Source: Candidatus Thermofontivivens primus
GTDB taxonomy: Bacteria > Sysuimicrobiota > Sysuimicrobiia > Sysuimicrobiales > Thermofontiviventaceae
Reading direction: 5' to 3'
DNA length: 64,000 nucleotides
NCBI GenBank assembly: GCA_031458695.1
Contig: JAVKJW010000003.1
Coordinates: 1-64,000 of the forward strand
Shown here: positions 20,001 through 28,910 of the stretch, one piece after another
Position numbering within the stretch: position 1 is the first letter of the stretch
Layout of the letters: every line of letters starts with the position of its first letter
Made by a program: the position numbers and the translations under genes
Notes under the pieces: model-generated
What the model saw: the letters and a program-made list of their open reading frames with translations, nothing else
The model's database searches: none
What the model was told of the DNA's origin: nothing

Positions 20001-20834
20001 CAGGTCCGCGTACTTGGCCACGTCGGAGTAGTTAGGGGAAACAACCACCACCTTCGTGCCGCGGTACTTGGCCTCGGAGAGGAAGTGGACATCCGCGGTG
20101 CGGGTCTGGTTTAGGTTAGACCCGGCCACGATCCAGTAGGTGCCCAAGTACCAATCTGAGCTCTCGCAGTTCTCCGTCTGGTCGCCAAACATTGTGGACT
20201 CAATATGGGGGAGGTCGTGATACCACTCGTAGTAGCTACAGTAGATGCCGCCCAGCAGGTTGTTGTAACGGTGCCCCGAGATAAAGCTCAGCAGGCTCAT
20301 GGCGGGGATTGGGGAGAAAGCGGCGATGTGGTCAGGGCCATACCTCTTGATGGTGTAGATTTGGGCCCCGGCGATCAGCTCCGTGGCCTCGTCCCAGGTA
20401 ACGCGCTTCCAGCCACCCTTGCCCCGGGCGGATTTGTACGCCCGAGCCCGCTCCTCGTTCTCCACGATGCTGGCCCAAGCCTCTACAGGGCCTTTGCCTG
20501 CCTTCCGCTCCTGTTGGTAGAAGTCCCACAGAACCTTGCGGACGTAGGGATATTTGGGTCTTAAGGGGCTATAGGGATACCAGGAGGCGGTCACTCCCCG
20601 CTGGCAACCCCGCGGCTCCACGTTAGGGATGTCGGGATCGATCTGGGGATAGTCTACTTTCTGGAGTTCCCAGCAGATGAGCCCGTCCTTGACAAAAACC
20701 TCCCAGCTGCAGGCCATGGAGCAGTTGACCCCATGGCTCGTCCGCACGGTGTAATCGTAGGACCATCGACGGCGGTAGAAGTCCTCCCACGACCGGGATT
20801 CGTTCGTGACGTTAAACCATTTGCTCTTCATCAT
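17073..20834 (-). CDS. narG: Respiratory nitrate reductase alpha subunit, divergent
   Basis: 1253 aa, no Tat signal; RTSHGVNCSMACSW..RGCQRG (FS0), WYHDLP (Asp Mo ligand), TPHGKWQIHS. Confidence 0.93.
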   Translation of the reverse strand: MMKSKWFNVTNESRSWEDFYRRRWSYDYTVRTSHGVNCSMACSWEVFVKDGLICWELQKVDYPQIDPDIPNVEPRGCQRGVTASWYPYSPLRPKYPYVRKVLWDFYQQERKAGKGPVEAWASIVENEERARAYKSARGKGGWKRVTWDEATELIAGAQIYTIKRYGPDHIAAFSPIPAMSLLSFISGHRYNNLLGGIYCSYYEWYHDLPHIESTMFGDQTENCESSDWYLGTYWIVAGSNLNQTRTADVHFLSEAKYRGTKVVVVSPNYSDVAKYADLWVPVVPGSDGAYFQACIHVILKEFYVDREVPYFTNYLKRYTNLPFLVILEPDPEGKKFHQGRFLRASDLAEYADQENAEWKMIMVDAQGRLHLPPGTIGFRWEKEPTGNWNLQLKNVVTGEEFDPLLTLLGKEDQRVMVSFSDFTDTFSIWLGKSRSKAERAKEVLREVPAKRVVTKDGRELLVTTAFDLLMAWNGTSRGLGGDYPRDYDDPKPFTPAWQERITGVSRNLAIQVAREFAENAEKTQGRSLIITGPGIQHWYHGASMYYRSMAVMLALCGCHGRNGGNFNHYVGTQHTRLHAAFKYLGAAADWTGPARLMNSTSLWYFHTGQWRYDAMPLDTQWAVDAQKCPQWNHAADFNALAVRLGWLPFFPQFDRKNPLQLYEEAIQAGCKTDDEVKEWVLKQFKEGKLDFALPYVDRPENQLKVLTVWRGNLIGTSMRGHELALKHFLGTHHNVLYDDEPAQGLVKEITFDPERAPIGKLDLLVNLNIRMDSTANYADVVLPAAFWYEKYDITFGDMHTFVHPLQPATEPSWEAKHDWEAFKLIAKKFSELAKKHFPRPVKDIVLKPLWMDTPDQLGQPLGEVKDWKKGDVEPIPGKYFPHIFIVERDYTQVYDRLISLGPRIDHYGSKGHYVDLTPIVEEELKQNEALTVKNGRVYAERPEQFCELITQVSPELNGRLASMFFEEMEKKVGMPLKDLVEPVKSRRVHYKDLASQPRRIHTSPMWGAILFDPNTGKQRTFAPWTLNVERLKPWHTLTGRIEIYFDHQAIRELGEALPTYKPPLDMVAIGDIRPDKAEPKSKVFRFITPHGKWQIHSSFRDHWPMLHMSRGGPTVWLNPDDADEIEVKDNDWVELYCENGIQVCRAIVSHQVPRGMAIVYHQVERHVNVPFSPLAKKRGCTDLRGGNNNATTRILMNPHTMVGGYGNFCYDINYWGTSPSERDHGVLIRKMPLAPGKKGAIYREEELVMLPAT

Positions 20835-21325
20835 CTGACCTCCACTTGTTTTCTGCCCATGCGAAGCCCCAGGGCCGTGAGGGCTATCAGGGCAATGAAG
20901 GCTGCGAGAAGTGTGGGTACGTAGAGGGACGGCAAGGCCCGCGCCGCAGCAGCACCAGGGCGTCCGAACGTTCCAAGATAATTGATGATTGCCTCCACCT
21001 GTTGGTCCGTCAAGCGCAGATTGGGCATGGGGACGTTCTTGTACTCCCGCAGCAATTGCGTGGCAATGGGATCTCCCTCATGCAGCATCTTGTCTGGCTC
21101 CTTGATCCAGCGAGTCAGCCAGGCTCGCTCTCGCCGCGCGGTAACGCCCTGGAGGTCCGGCCCCACCAGGGGACCTCTACCGATGGTGTGGCAGGCCGCG
21201 CATCCCTTCTCTTGGAAGAGGGCCTTTCCTTCTTCAGCGGTTTGAGCCAAGGCGGAATCCCAAACCAGTCCAACGGTTCCCGCCAGCAAAAGACCCACGA
21301 GCAGGAAGAATAGCCAAGCCCTCAT
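20831..21325 (-). CDS. Membrane-anchored monoheme cytochrome c (NarC-like position)
   Basis: Signal peptide, CAACH, GPDL, NVPMP axial Met, C-terminal TM; stop overlaps the narG start. Confidence 0.88.
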   Translation of the reverse strand: MRAWLFFLLVGLLLAGTVGLVWDSALAQTAEEGKALFQEKGCAACHTIGRGPLVGPDLQGVTARRERAWLTRWIKEPDKMLHEGDPIATQLLREYKNVPMPNLRLTDQQVEAIINYLGTFGRPGAAAARALPSLYVPTLLAAFIALIALTALGLRMGRKQVEVR

Positions 21326-21428
21326 GGACCGAGTGCAGTGCGAGCCAAAGAACGCTGCAACACACATTGGGTTCGAGATGCTCTGTATGTTCCCCATATC
21401 CCCATCGCCTCCAAGGTTCAACAACCCA

Positions 21429-21908
21429 TCAATACCCGGTTTCCCCCGACTGGCAGCTTGTGAAGGACGAGAGCCCCTTTAAGTCGCGAAGCGCTTCCTT
21501 GAGATCCCGGCTTCGCGCAGGCACTTGCCGGCTGTGGTAGATCTGCACGGTATCCCTTTCCAGGTCGACGCAGATCAAAGGGAGGTTCGCAAAACGCTCC
21601 AAGAGGTGGCTGGTCAACTGGCTCAACTGTGGAGATTTTACCCCTCCGGCGAGGATCACAACATCAGGACGCAGGAAAGCCACACGATCTATGCACTCAG
21701 GCGCTATCGCCTCCATCCCGACCACCTCAATCGCTGGCTCCTCCTTCAGGAGGTGCTGAATCCCTTCGCCCAAGACCGGGTGGTTCGAGAGGATCAACAC
21801 TCGCTGCTTGTCATGTGAGCCTTTCGCCACCACGCGGCTCCTGATCCCCGTCTCGGGCTCACTATAACCTGTAGTCCTTGTCTGGACAATCCTTCGCACC
21901 CCTGGCAC
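21429..21908 (-). CDS. Stand-alone degenerate receiver (REC-like) protein; start uncertain
   Basis: RVLILSNHPVLGEGIQHLL..IEVVG..RPDVVILA: NarL-type REC fold lacking the acidic pair and the phospho-Asp. Confidence 0.7.
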   Translation of the reverse strand: MPGVRRIVQTRTTGYSEPETGIRSRVVAKGSHDKQRVLILSNHPVLGEGIQHLLKEEPAIEVVGMEAIAPECIDRVAFLRPDVVILAGGVKSPQLSQLTSHLLERFANLPLICVDLERDTVQIYHSRQVPARSRDLKEALRDLKGLSSFTSCQSGETGY

Positions 21909-22052
21909 AGGGGTGAAAAAAGAACGATTTTGAGATCGCCTCTCCAGGAAGATAGAACTAATTCACCTGTAGCCGGATTAATCCAGACGGGGAGGATGGC
22001 CATGTGGGAAAGGGATGAGTATCCGTAATTCGTTTTCGAATCTTAGGGTAGG

Positions 22053-22739
22053 CTAGCGCTCGCGGGGCTTTGGTGGTGGGATCAGGCCTTCGCGGATGGC
22101 AAAGAGAGCTGCCTCATAGCGGCGGTTGAGGTGCAACTTAGACAGGATGTTTCGCATGTGGCTCTTCACGGTATTGACGCTGACACACAGGGCATTGGCG
22201 ATCTCTTTATCCGTAGCTCCTCTTGCTACCAGGCGGAGCACCTCCTGTTCCCGGTGGGTCAGGGGTAAAATCGCCCCCTCCGGCGCACGAGGTGCGCGCT
22301 GGCTTAAGCGGCGGAACTCTTCGAGGATGCGACTAGCCAAGATCGGGGGAATGGCCGCCTCCCCACGAACGGCACCTCGCAAGTACTCAAGCAGTTCCTG
22401 AGACCGCGCCGTCTTCAGAAGGTAGCCCTGGGCCCCCGCCCGGATCGCCTGGAAGAGGGCTTCATCATCGTCGCGGACAGTGAGCACCACGATACAAGTA
22501 GCTGGAAGTTCCTGTTTGATAAGCCGGGTAGCTTCCAAGCCGTTTGTCCCCGGCAAGAGGATATCCATGAGTACCAAGTCGGGGACAAGCTCCCTGGCTT
22601 TCACCACAGCTTCTGTCCCGTCGGCAGCCTCCCCGACGACTTCAAAGTCAGGCTGGGCATTGAGGATCCCCACCAATCCCTCCCGGAAAAGGGCGTGGTC
22701 ATCCACGACCAGCGTTCGAATAGTTTGTTGCGTGCTCAT
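22053..22739 (-). CDS. narL: NarL/LuxR-family response regulator
   Basis: VVDDHALFREG, LVLMDI, GYLLK, LTHREQEVL..VKSHMRNILSKL; RBS supports a start at 22739. Confidence 0.88.
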   Translation of the reverse strand: MSTQQTIRTLVVDDHALFREGLVGILNAQPDFEVVGEAADGTEAVVKARELVPDLVLMDILLPGTNGLEATRLIKQELPATCIVVLTVRDDDEALFQAIRAGAQGYLLKTARSQELLEYLRGAVRGEAAIPPILASRILEEFRRLSQRAPRAPEGAILPLTHREQEVLRLVARGATDKEIANALCVSVNTVKSHMRNILSKLHLNRRYEAALFAIREGLIPPPKPRER

Positions 22740-22753
22740 TGTGCTGCTCCTTA

Positions 22754-22811
22754 TCACCCCACCAAAATCTTGAAATGGATTTTGGTGGGGACCCCGACAC
22801 GGGAGAAGCTC
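22754..22811. repeat. About 57-bp palindromic repeat between narX and narL
   Basis: TCACCCCACCAAAATC-TTGAAATG-GATTTTGGTGGGGACCCCGACACGGGAGAAGCTC. Confidence 0.9.
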
Positions 22812-22827
22812 CTTTTCGCAAATCCTG

Positions 22828-24744
22828 TTACGTGTTTTCTGTCCCGCTACGCAGGGGCCAGCGCAGGAGAACCCGTGTCCCTCGCCCCGGTGCCGAATGG
22901 ATCATGAGCTGCCCGCCGATGCGGGCAGCCCGTGCTTGCATGATGCTCAACCCGAAGTGTGGCCGTCCATCATCCGGGAGCCGTTGTGGATCAAAACCGA
23001 TCCCATCGTCCTCCACACAAACCACCCCCATCCCCTCCTCCTGATAGAGCCGGACGGCAACATGGTGTGCACGGGCATAGCGGCAAGCGTTGGTCACCGC
23101 TTCCTGAACAATGCGTTGCACCTCGGTGGCCGTTTCGGGAGGAACCGTCCAGTCCTCCACGATTTCCAGTTTGGCCGCTCCGTCGATAGGGAATCCCTGT
23201 ATTGTCTGGGACAATACCTGACGTAACGATTCCCCAAGGGAGCGAGGGAAGACCGTCCTCGTGTGCAATGTGGTGATGATTGCCCGCACGTCCTGGGCAA
23301 CCCGAAGCAACGTCTCTCGCACCCGCATCAGCCTGTCCCGAACGTCGGTCCCTTGGGTTAACTCCTCTAACGCTGCATCCACTTGCAGGTGTAAGTAGCT
23401 CAGGGTCTGGGCCAGGCTATCGTGCATCTCCCTGGCGATGTATTCCCGCTCCTCTAGTGCGGCCAGTTCTTTTCCTTGTTGATAGAGGCGGGCATTGTTC
23501 AATGCGATCGCTGCCGCATCTGCCAACATCCCCAGCAACCGGCTCCCCTCGGGAGGGATGTGGTGGGTCTCAGAGGTAATGACACACAAAGCTCCCAGAA
23601 GCTCACCTCTGATCCGCAGGGGGGCTGCCAGATGGTTGTGCGCAAAGGGCATGGCGATGAGCGCACAACACGTCTCTTCACAATTCGTACAATGAAATAC
23701 AGCCTTTTGCCCAAGGACCATATTATGGCTCAGGCCATTCCCTACGCGAGTGTGATTCCCTTTCAGGACCTCCTTGGGTCCGCTGAACGCAGCAAGGTGT
23801 AGGGTTCCACCCGATTCGTCCACGAGGCAAAGCGCAGCTGCTTCTCCACCCAGTAACATCCTTGCCTTCCTTACGACCGAATCCAGGATCTGCCCTACTT
23901 CCAGCCGGGAGACCATGTCCTGGCCGACCTCGTAGATCGCTTCCAACTCCCGGGCACGCGCCGATACACGAGATTCTAAGTCATCGTGGGCGATTTTGAG
24001 TTGCTGTCGCATGGTCTCAAGGCTCTTCGCCAGCCGATTGATCTCCCCGATCCCTACGTATGGTACAGGGCTGGCGAAGTCACCATGCCCAATACGGTGG
24101 GCTATCTGCTCTAAGCGGTGCAAGGGGCCCACCACCTTGCGGTAAGTCCACCAGGAGCCCCCAGCCAACAAGCCGAGGGCCGTCAGAATGAACGCCCCCT
24201 GAAGCCACCGCAGTCGCTCGACCCGCCTTGTGGCAGTTCGTTCGAAAGAACGCACGGCGGCGTCTGTTGCCGCCAGCAAGGGTCCAGAGAGACGGTCTAT
24301 CTCACCCAGGGCCTGAAAAAACTCCGGTTCGCCCGGTTTAGAGGCTATAAGGGCTTGCACTTGGGCCCGGAACCCATCCCATAGACGGGCGACTTCGTCC
24401 AGCCGGGCGGTAGTCTCCGAATCCGATGGGACGGGGATCGTGGCGATACTCCCAGGGAGATAGGGTGCCTGGCCACCAGAACGGAGGGCGGCGAGCGTCG
24501 CATTGAAAGTCCTGAAGGCCTCCTCCAGGGCCTGGGCGTTGATCTCCGATGGTTTCACGGCCTGAGCCAATGCCCTGCGAACCATGGTCTGGACCAGCAT
24601 CCGCTGGCGACCGGCCAGGTTCATCACCAGGGCATCTTGGCGCTGGATGGTTGTGAGATGAAACGTAGAAAAGCCCGATAGAAAAACCAGCAGCAGAAAA
24701 CCGCCGAACAGGAGGGCGAAACGACCCACCAGGGAACGAGGCAT
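22828..24744 (-). CDS. narX: NarX-like nitrate/nitrite sensor kinase (P-box, HAMP, GAF, HisKA_3)
   Basis: DALVMNLAGRQRML P-box, 2 TM, EEREYIAREMHDSLAQ, EDDGIGF. Confidence 0.88.
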   Translation of the reverse strand: MPRSLVGRFALLFGGFLLLVFLSGFSTFHLTTIQRQDALVMNLAGRQRMLVQTMVRRALAQAVKPSEINAQALEEAFRTFNATLAALRSGGQAPYLPGSIATIPVPSDSETTARLDEVARLWDGFRAQVQALIASKPGEPEFFQALGEIDRLSGPLLAATDAAVRSFERTATRRVERLRWLQGAFILTALGLLAGGSWWTYRKVVGPLHRLEQIAHRIGHGDFASPVPYVGIGEINRLAKSLETMRQQLKIAHDDLESRVSARARELEAIYEVGQDMVSRLEVGQILDSVVRKARMLLGGEAAALCLVDESGGTLHLAAFSGPKEVLKGNHTRVGNGLSHNMVLGQKAVFHCTNCEETCCALIAMPFAHNHLAAPLRIRGELLGALCVITSETHHIPPEGSRLLGMLADAAAIALNNARLYQQGKELAALEEREYIAREMHDSLAQTLSYLHLQVDAALEELTQGTDVRDRLMRVRETLLRVAQDVRAIITTLHTRTVFPRSLGESLRQVLSQTIQGFPIDGAAKLEIVEDWTVPPETATEVQRIVQEAVTNACRYARAHHVAVRLYQEEGMGVVCVEDDGIGFDPQRLPDDGRPHFGLSIMQARAARIGGQLMIHSAPGRGTRVLLRWPLRSGTENT

Positions 24745-24834
24745 ACCTAGCCCCCGAAATCTACTTTGCCTTATTATACCGTAATCCCACCGTTAGAGGG
24801 AGTCCCGAGATGGTTGCGGGGGTCTCTTCCTCCA

Positions 24835-26445
24835 TCACGGAGCCCTCTGGAAGCTCCTGCAGGAGGTGCAGTAGCGCGTGAGCACAGTTTGTAGCGAAGG
24901 ATCTTCGTTGCCGAGTAACGCCATCACCCGCTCGAGCATCCGGTTGGGAGCAATGGGCGCACCGCAGGCCACACAGCGTGCGACCGCCTCCCGGTAGACC
25001 ACGGCCTTCCCCTCTTGGAGACGCTTCTGGTCGAAACCTCTCCTGAGGCGAATGGCACCTCGCTCCCCCTCTGGGCACACGGGGAGACATTGCCCACAAG
25101 CAGTGCACAGGCTGGCGTCGAAGTGGAGGAGAGCTTGCCCCTCCGTCTCCTCAAAGACCAGCGCTTTTGAGGGGCAGGTCCTTCCACACATCCCGCACCC
25201 CGTGCAAATATCTTCCTGGATCTCCACAATCCCAAGGGGAGAGAAAGGATGCTCCAGAACGACGGACTTCTCAGGCGGGGAGACCTCTAAGATCCGGAGA
25301 AGAATCCTTGCCATTGTCGCTGGGCCAGGGCTAAAGGCGGATCCGTCCAAATCGCCCCACGGCCTCCACTCCCTCGGAGGCTCTCCATCCCTTCCCGGCG
25401 GTCGATCGAGAGGTGGGAGGATCTGGACCAGCCCCGCTGGGGCTCCTACCCGCTCAAGGAGCTCCTGGCAGAACCTCACCCTCCCCTGAATGATCTCTTC
25501 ATGCCCTTGCGGGCAATCACCGGGACAAGGTAGGACCCCGACCGCGCGCGCACCCATCAACAACGGGGCAAGAAACCAGACGGGTGGTGCCATTGCCAGG
25601 GATGGAAGGAAGAGAGGCATCCATCCCGGATGCCAAGATCCTGCCGTCTCCTGGCCGTGGGAACAGGCGAAGAGAATCCCACGGGGTTGGAGGTTGCCAG
25701 TATTTGGATCGAGCATCGCGCGAACCCGGGCTTCCACTTGTCCTGGGGTATAGCCTGGGAAGAGGATGGCCTCCAAGGGGCAAGCGGTCGCGCAGAGGCC
25801 GCAGGACGTGCACCGGGACTTCTCCAGCTTCACTTCACCGTCTACGACCTCCAGGGCATCGTACGGGCACGCCTGGACGCAGAGTGTACATCCTACCTCC
25901 GCGACGCAACGCTCCCTCTCCACCGACGGAACTGCCCTGTAGCCAAAAGGTGGGAACCGGAGGAAGGAGCGGCGGCTCAACCGGGAGAGTAGGTAGGGCT
26001 TCACGTTGGCCGGGGAACTCCCGGGGAAGGCTCGTGCGCTGGCCACAGATCCAGCCAGGAGGATCTTCGCTTTCTCCGTCGCCTCTGGCCGAGGATATGC
26101 TTGAGCACACAACCCTCCAAGGTCTACGACCTCCAGGCCCAGAGGATCGATACCTGCTTTGCGCACCTGGACCTGAACCTCCCCTTCCTCGTATCTCCTC
26201 CTGCACAACCCGAGGACAACACGCGTGGCACCCTCTCCCACTAGGATCCTGGCAAGGCCTTCGGGGTTATGGCATAGGTCCGGAAGCGTGTGCAGAGCAA
26301 CCGCCGGATCCCTCTCCCTAAACCACTGAAGGATCCCGGGGACGTCAAGGCCTTCCCCCAGGCGGGAGATCTCGGCGCAAAGAAGGACCGCGACCCGGTC
26401 TCGCCTCGATCCTAGTGTGCGTTCCCCGAAGGACGCAGAGCGCAT
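24835..26445 (-). CDS. Polyferredoxin with HdrA-N/MvhD-like segments
   Basis: Several CxxCxxCxxxCP motifs (CTSCGLCATACP, CTGCGMCGRTCP, CTACGQCLPVCP), C-terminal CVACG..YCTSC. Confidence 0.85.
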   Translation of the reverse strand: MRSASFGERTLGSRRDRVAVLLCAEISRLGEGLDVPGILQWFRERDPAVALHTLPDLCHNPEGLARILVGEGATRVVLGLCRRRYEEGEVQVQVRKAGIDPLGLEVVDLGGLCAQAYPRPEATEKAKILLAGSVASARAFPGSSPANVKPYLLSRLSRRSFLRFPPFGYRAVPSVERERCVAEVGCTLCVQACPYDALEVVDGEVKLEKSRCTSCGLCATACPLEAILFPGYTPGQVEARVRAMLDPNTGNLQPRGILFACSHGQETAGSWHPGWMPLFLPSLAMAPPVWFLAPLLMGARAVGVLPCPGDCPQGHEEIIQGRVRFCQELLERVGAPAGLVQILPPLDRPPGRDGEPPREWRPWGDLDGSAFSPGPATMARILLRILEVSPPEKSVVLEHPFSPLGIVEIQEDICTGCGMCGRTCPSKALVFEETEGQALLHFDASLCTACGQCLPVCPEGERGAIRLRRGFDQKRLQEGKAVVYREAVARCVACGAPIAPNRMLERVMALLGNEDPSLQTVLTRYCTSCRSFQRAP

Positions 26446-27182
26446 CAGTCCACCCCTTCGAGAGTTTCCAGCAGGAGCGGCAAGAGATCGAGGTCGTGGA
26501 GGATGAAGGCCTCGGCAGCCTCGGCGGCGGCTCCGTAGAGGCCACCCTTATCGCATCCCTTGAGGTTCCGGGCAAACGCCGGGAACCAACGGCCGAGGTG
26601 CCGCTCCAGGAAGGTGCGTTCACGCTCCAGGATCTTTACCCCCTCCTCCCAAACCGTCCCTTCCCATGCCTCTCGCTCCTGCCTGCAGAGGAAGGCCATG
26701 TACTCCAGCTCCACAGAAACGTGGTCGGGAAGCTCATGGAGAGATGGCGAGAGCATGAGACCGGCTGCGGCATATTCCTGCTCTAATTGTGCGGGGATCC
26801 GGCCGACGGCCATCCTGTCAGGGTCAAGGTAGGAGGATGCATAAGGAGAGCACAGCGGGCCAGCGGGGCCGGTCATAAAAAGCCTAGTGTATTCCTCTTC
26901 CAATTCCACTGTCTGGAGCAGCTCCTCTCCCCTGAGCCGGTGGAGCAACCGTCGCCAAGGTAGGAAGAAGGGGAAGACAGCAAAGGCCTCCTCCTCTGTG
27001 TGCAGCACCTGGGTAGCTTCTATGAGTTGTGCGACCCGTTCTCTCTGCGGATAAAGAAACAATGCCGCGAGGAAGCGATAGACCGCCTGGCGGAGCTGCG
27101 CCAACTCCCTCAAGAGGAGAGGAGCAGAGGTGCCATGGGGTACGGATACCTTTTCTCTGCCCCTCAGCTCCTCAGGCCGCAT
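26445..27182 (-). CDS. TorD/DmsD-family molybdoenzyme chaperone
   Basis: EYTRLF..SPYASSY, ELPDHVSVELEYM, FLERHLGRW. Confidence 0.92.
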   Translation of the reverse strand: MRPEELRGREKVSVPHGTSAPLLLRELAQLRQAVYRFLAALFLYPQRERVAQLIEATQVLHTEEEAFAVFPFFLPWRRLLHRLRGEELLQTVELEEEYTRLFMTGPAGPLCSPYASSYLDPDRMAVGRIPAQLEQEYAAAGLMLSPSLHELPDHVSVELEYMAFLCRQEREAWEGTVWEEGVKILERERTFLERHLGRWFPAFARNLKGCDKGGLYGAAAEAAEAFILHDLDLLPLLLETLEGVD

Positions 27183-27186
27183 GCCC

Positions 27187-27405
27187 TCATCCCCTTTGCC
27201 CAGAATCGGGCAGGAGTTCATACACAACCGCCGCCAGAAAGACCAGCATCACACCAAGGATAAACAGAGCAGGTGCGAAGGGGACGCGCGGGTTGCTGTA
27301 AACTGGGCTGGTTGGGATCCCCCACGGCGCGGCGAGGAAGAAGTAGCTCACCGCCTGCAGGGCGAACCCGCTTACAACCATGAGTATGGTGAGGGTTGTA
27401 CGCAT
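27187..27405 (-). CDS. Small 2-TM membrane protein
   Basis: 72 aa, two hydrophobic segments around SNPRVPFAP; translationally coupled to the NrfD gene. Confidence 0.75.
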   Translation of the reverse strand: MRTTLTILMVVSGFALQAVSYFFLAAPWGIPTSPVYSNPRVPFAPALFILGVMLVFLAAVVYELLPDSGQRG

Positions 27406-28907
27406 CAGTGGCCTCCTTCCTCAGCGGTTCGGACCTCCATGATCGGGAAAAACTTGACAAACAACAGGTAGAGCAAGGTCCCCAAGGCGAAGAGACCCCC
27501 AATGATGCTGTACTCCACCCACGTAGGGGTGTAGGTGCCGACCCCATAAGGGAGCAAGGTCCCGTACGTCTGGGACGGGACAACGATGAGGAGGCGCTTG
27601 CCGATGGCAGCCAGGTTGACCAAGAGACCACTGACCGCGGCGCTGGCAACGAAGCTGGTAGTGAAGAGGGGGAAGAAGGACAGGACGAACAGGACCAGGA
27701 ACACCGCCAGGAGCCAAGGGATCCATCGCAGCACCTCTGGAGAGAGCATCAGGAGTGCCCCTCTTGGAGGACCCATTCGCTGGAGGATGAAGAACACCCC
27801 CACGACAAACGCAGTGAGGCCTGTGGCCAGGGCGTATCCTGGTTGGAATGCGGGGAACCGCACACGCAGGGGCTCAGGCAGGTACGGGAGGAGCAAAGAG
27901 ACAAGGGCCAGCAAGAGCGAGGCTACCACGCCCCAGAAAAGCCAGGCATACCCGCCGGTGAGGAGGGCAAGGGTCACGCGTACCTCATGGTGATGTCCGG
28001 CATAGGTCGTCGTGAGCAACTCTACCACCATGAAGTAGAGATAGATCAGGATCAGGACCACCAAGAACATCCCCAACCACTTGAAGATGCCCTCGTGCAG
28101 CTGTTCCCGTTCATTCAGCGCCTGGCGCAAGATAGCGGCAATGACGGCCAGAAGCCCTATCCCCGAGACACCAGCCATCACCACAAACCCAGGTGCTTGG
28201 AGCGCGCTGAACCAGCCCGGCCGGCCAGATTGGATCCCAAAGACAAAGCCCAAGGTGGAGTGGGCTGTGACCAGCAGGGGCAAGATGGCAATGGCCAGCC
28301 AGAAACTTGCCCGATCGTGGCGTTCCCGCTCGGCAGGGGTATCCCTGTATCCTGCCGCCCACAGGCGGTAAAAACCCTGCAACGGCCCTTTTTCCTTGGC
28401 GAGGATCGCCGCATCCCGCCGACCGTCCAGGTAGAGGTAGACGAGGCTGGCGAAGAGATACCCTGAGACCACCAAGGTGAACGTCCCGAAGAAGGGCGAC
28501 TGAGGGCGGGCGTAGCGGAAGAGATTGATGATCCCTCGCACCGGCTGGCCAAGATCCGGAAGGACGCTGAAAGCAGCAAGGATCAAGGAGACAACGGTGA
28601 GCACCTCCGCCATGCGGGAGACGGGCTTGAGGTGCTTGAGGTGAAGAAGCCGGATGAGCGCAGCCGTGGTAATCCCGGCAAAGCTCACGCCCACAAAATA
28701 AATGTCGAATGCGATATACAGCCCCCAAGCAGCTCCTCCCATCGTGCCAATGTCACGGAGCCCTGTCACTACCAAGCCTTCCGTAAATTGACGGGAGTAC
28801 GCGTAGATTCCCCAGCCGACGACCATGAGGAGAACCACGAGGAGGAGGTACAAACCCAAGGTGAACCGACCGATGCCATAGGGCAGTCTTTCGACACGCG
28901 TCGCCAT
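27405..28907 (-). CDS. NrfD/PsrC-family membrane anchor (quinol-interacting)
   Basis: WGLYIAFDIYFVG, DLGQP, SPFFG, HSTLG, YTPTWVE; about 12 TM. Confidence 0.92.
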   Translation of the reverse strand: MATRVERLPYGIGRFTLGLYLLLVVLLMVVGWGIYAYSRQFTEGLVVTGLRDIGTMGGAAWGLYIAFDIYFVGVSFAGITTAALIRLLHLKHLKPVSRMAEVLTVVSLILAAFSVLPDLGQPVRGIINLFRYARPQSPFFGTFTLVVSGYLFASLVYLYLDGRRDAAILAKEKGPLQGFYRLWAAGYRDTPAERERHDRASFWLAIAILPLLVTAHSTLGFVFGIQSGRPGWFSALQAPGFVVMAGVSGIGLLAVIAAILRQALNEREQLHEGIFKWLGMFLVVLILIYLYFMVVELLTTTYAGHHHEVRVTLALLTGGYAWLFWGVVASLLLALVSLLLPYLPEPLRVRFPAFQPGYALATGLTAFVVGVFFILQRMGPPRGALLMLSPEVLRWIPWLLAVFLVLFVLSFFPLFTTSFVASAAVSGLLVNLAAIGKRLLIVVPSQTYGTLLPYGVGTYTPTWVEYSIIGGLFALGTLLYLLFVKFFPIMEVRTAEEGGH

Positions 28908-28910
28908 GGC

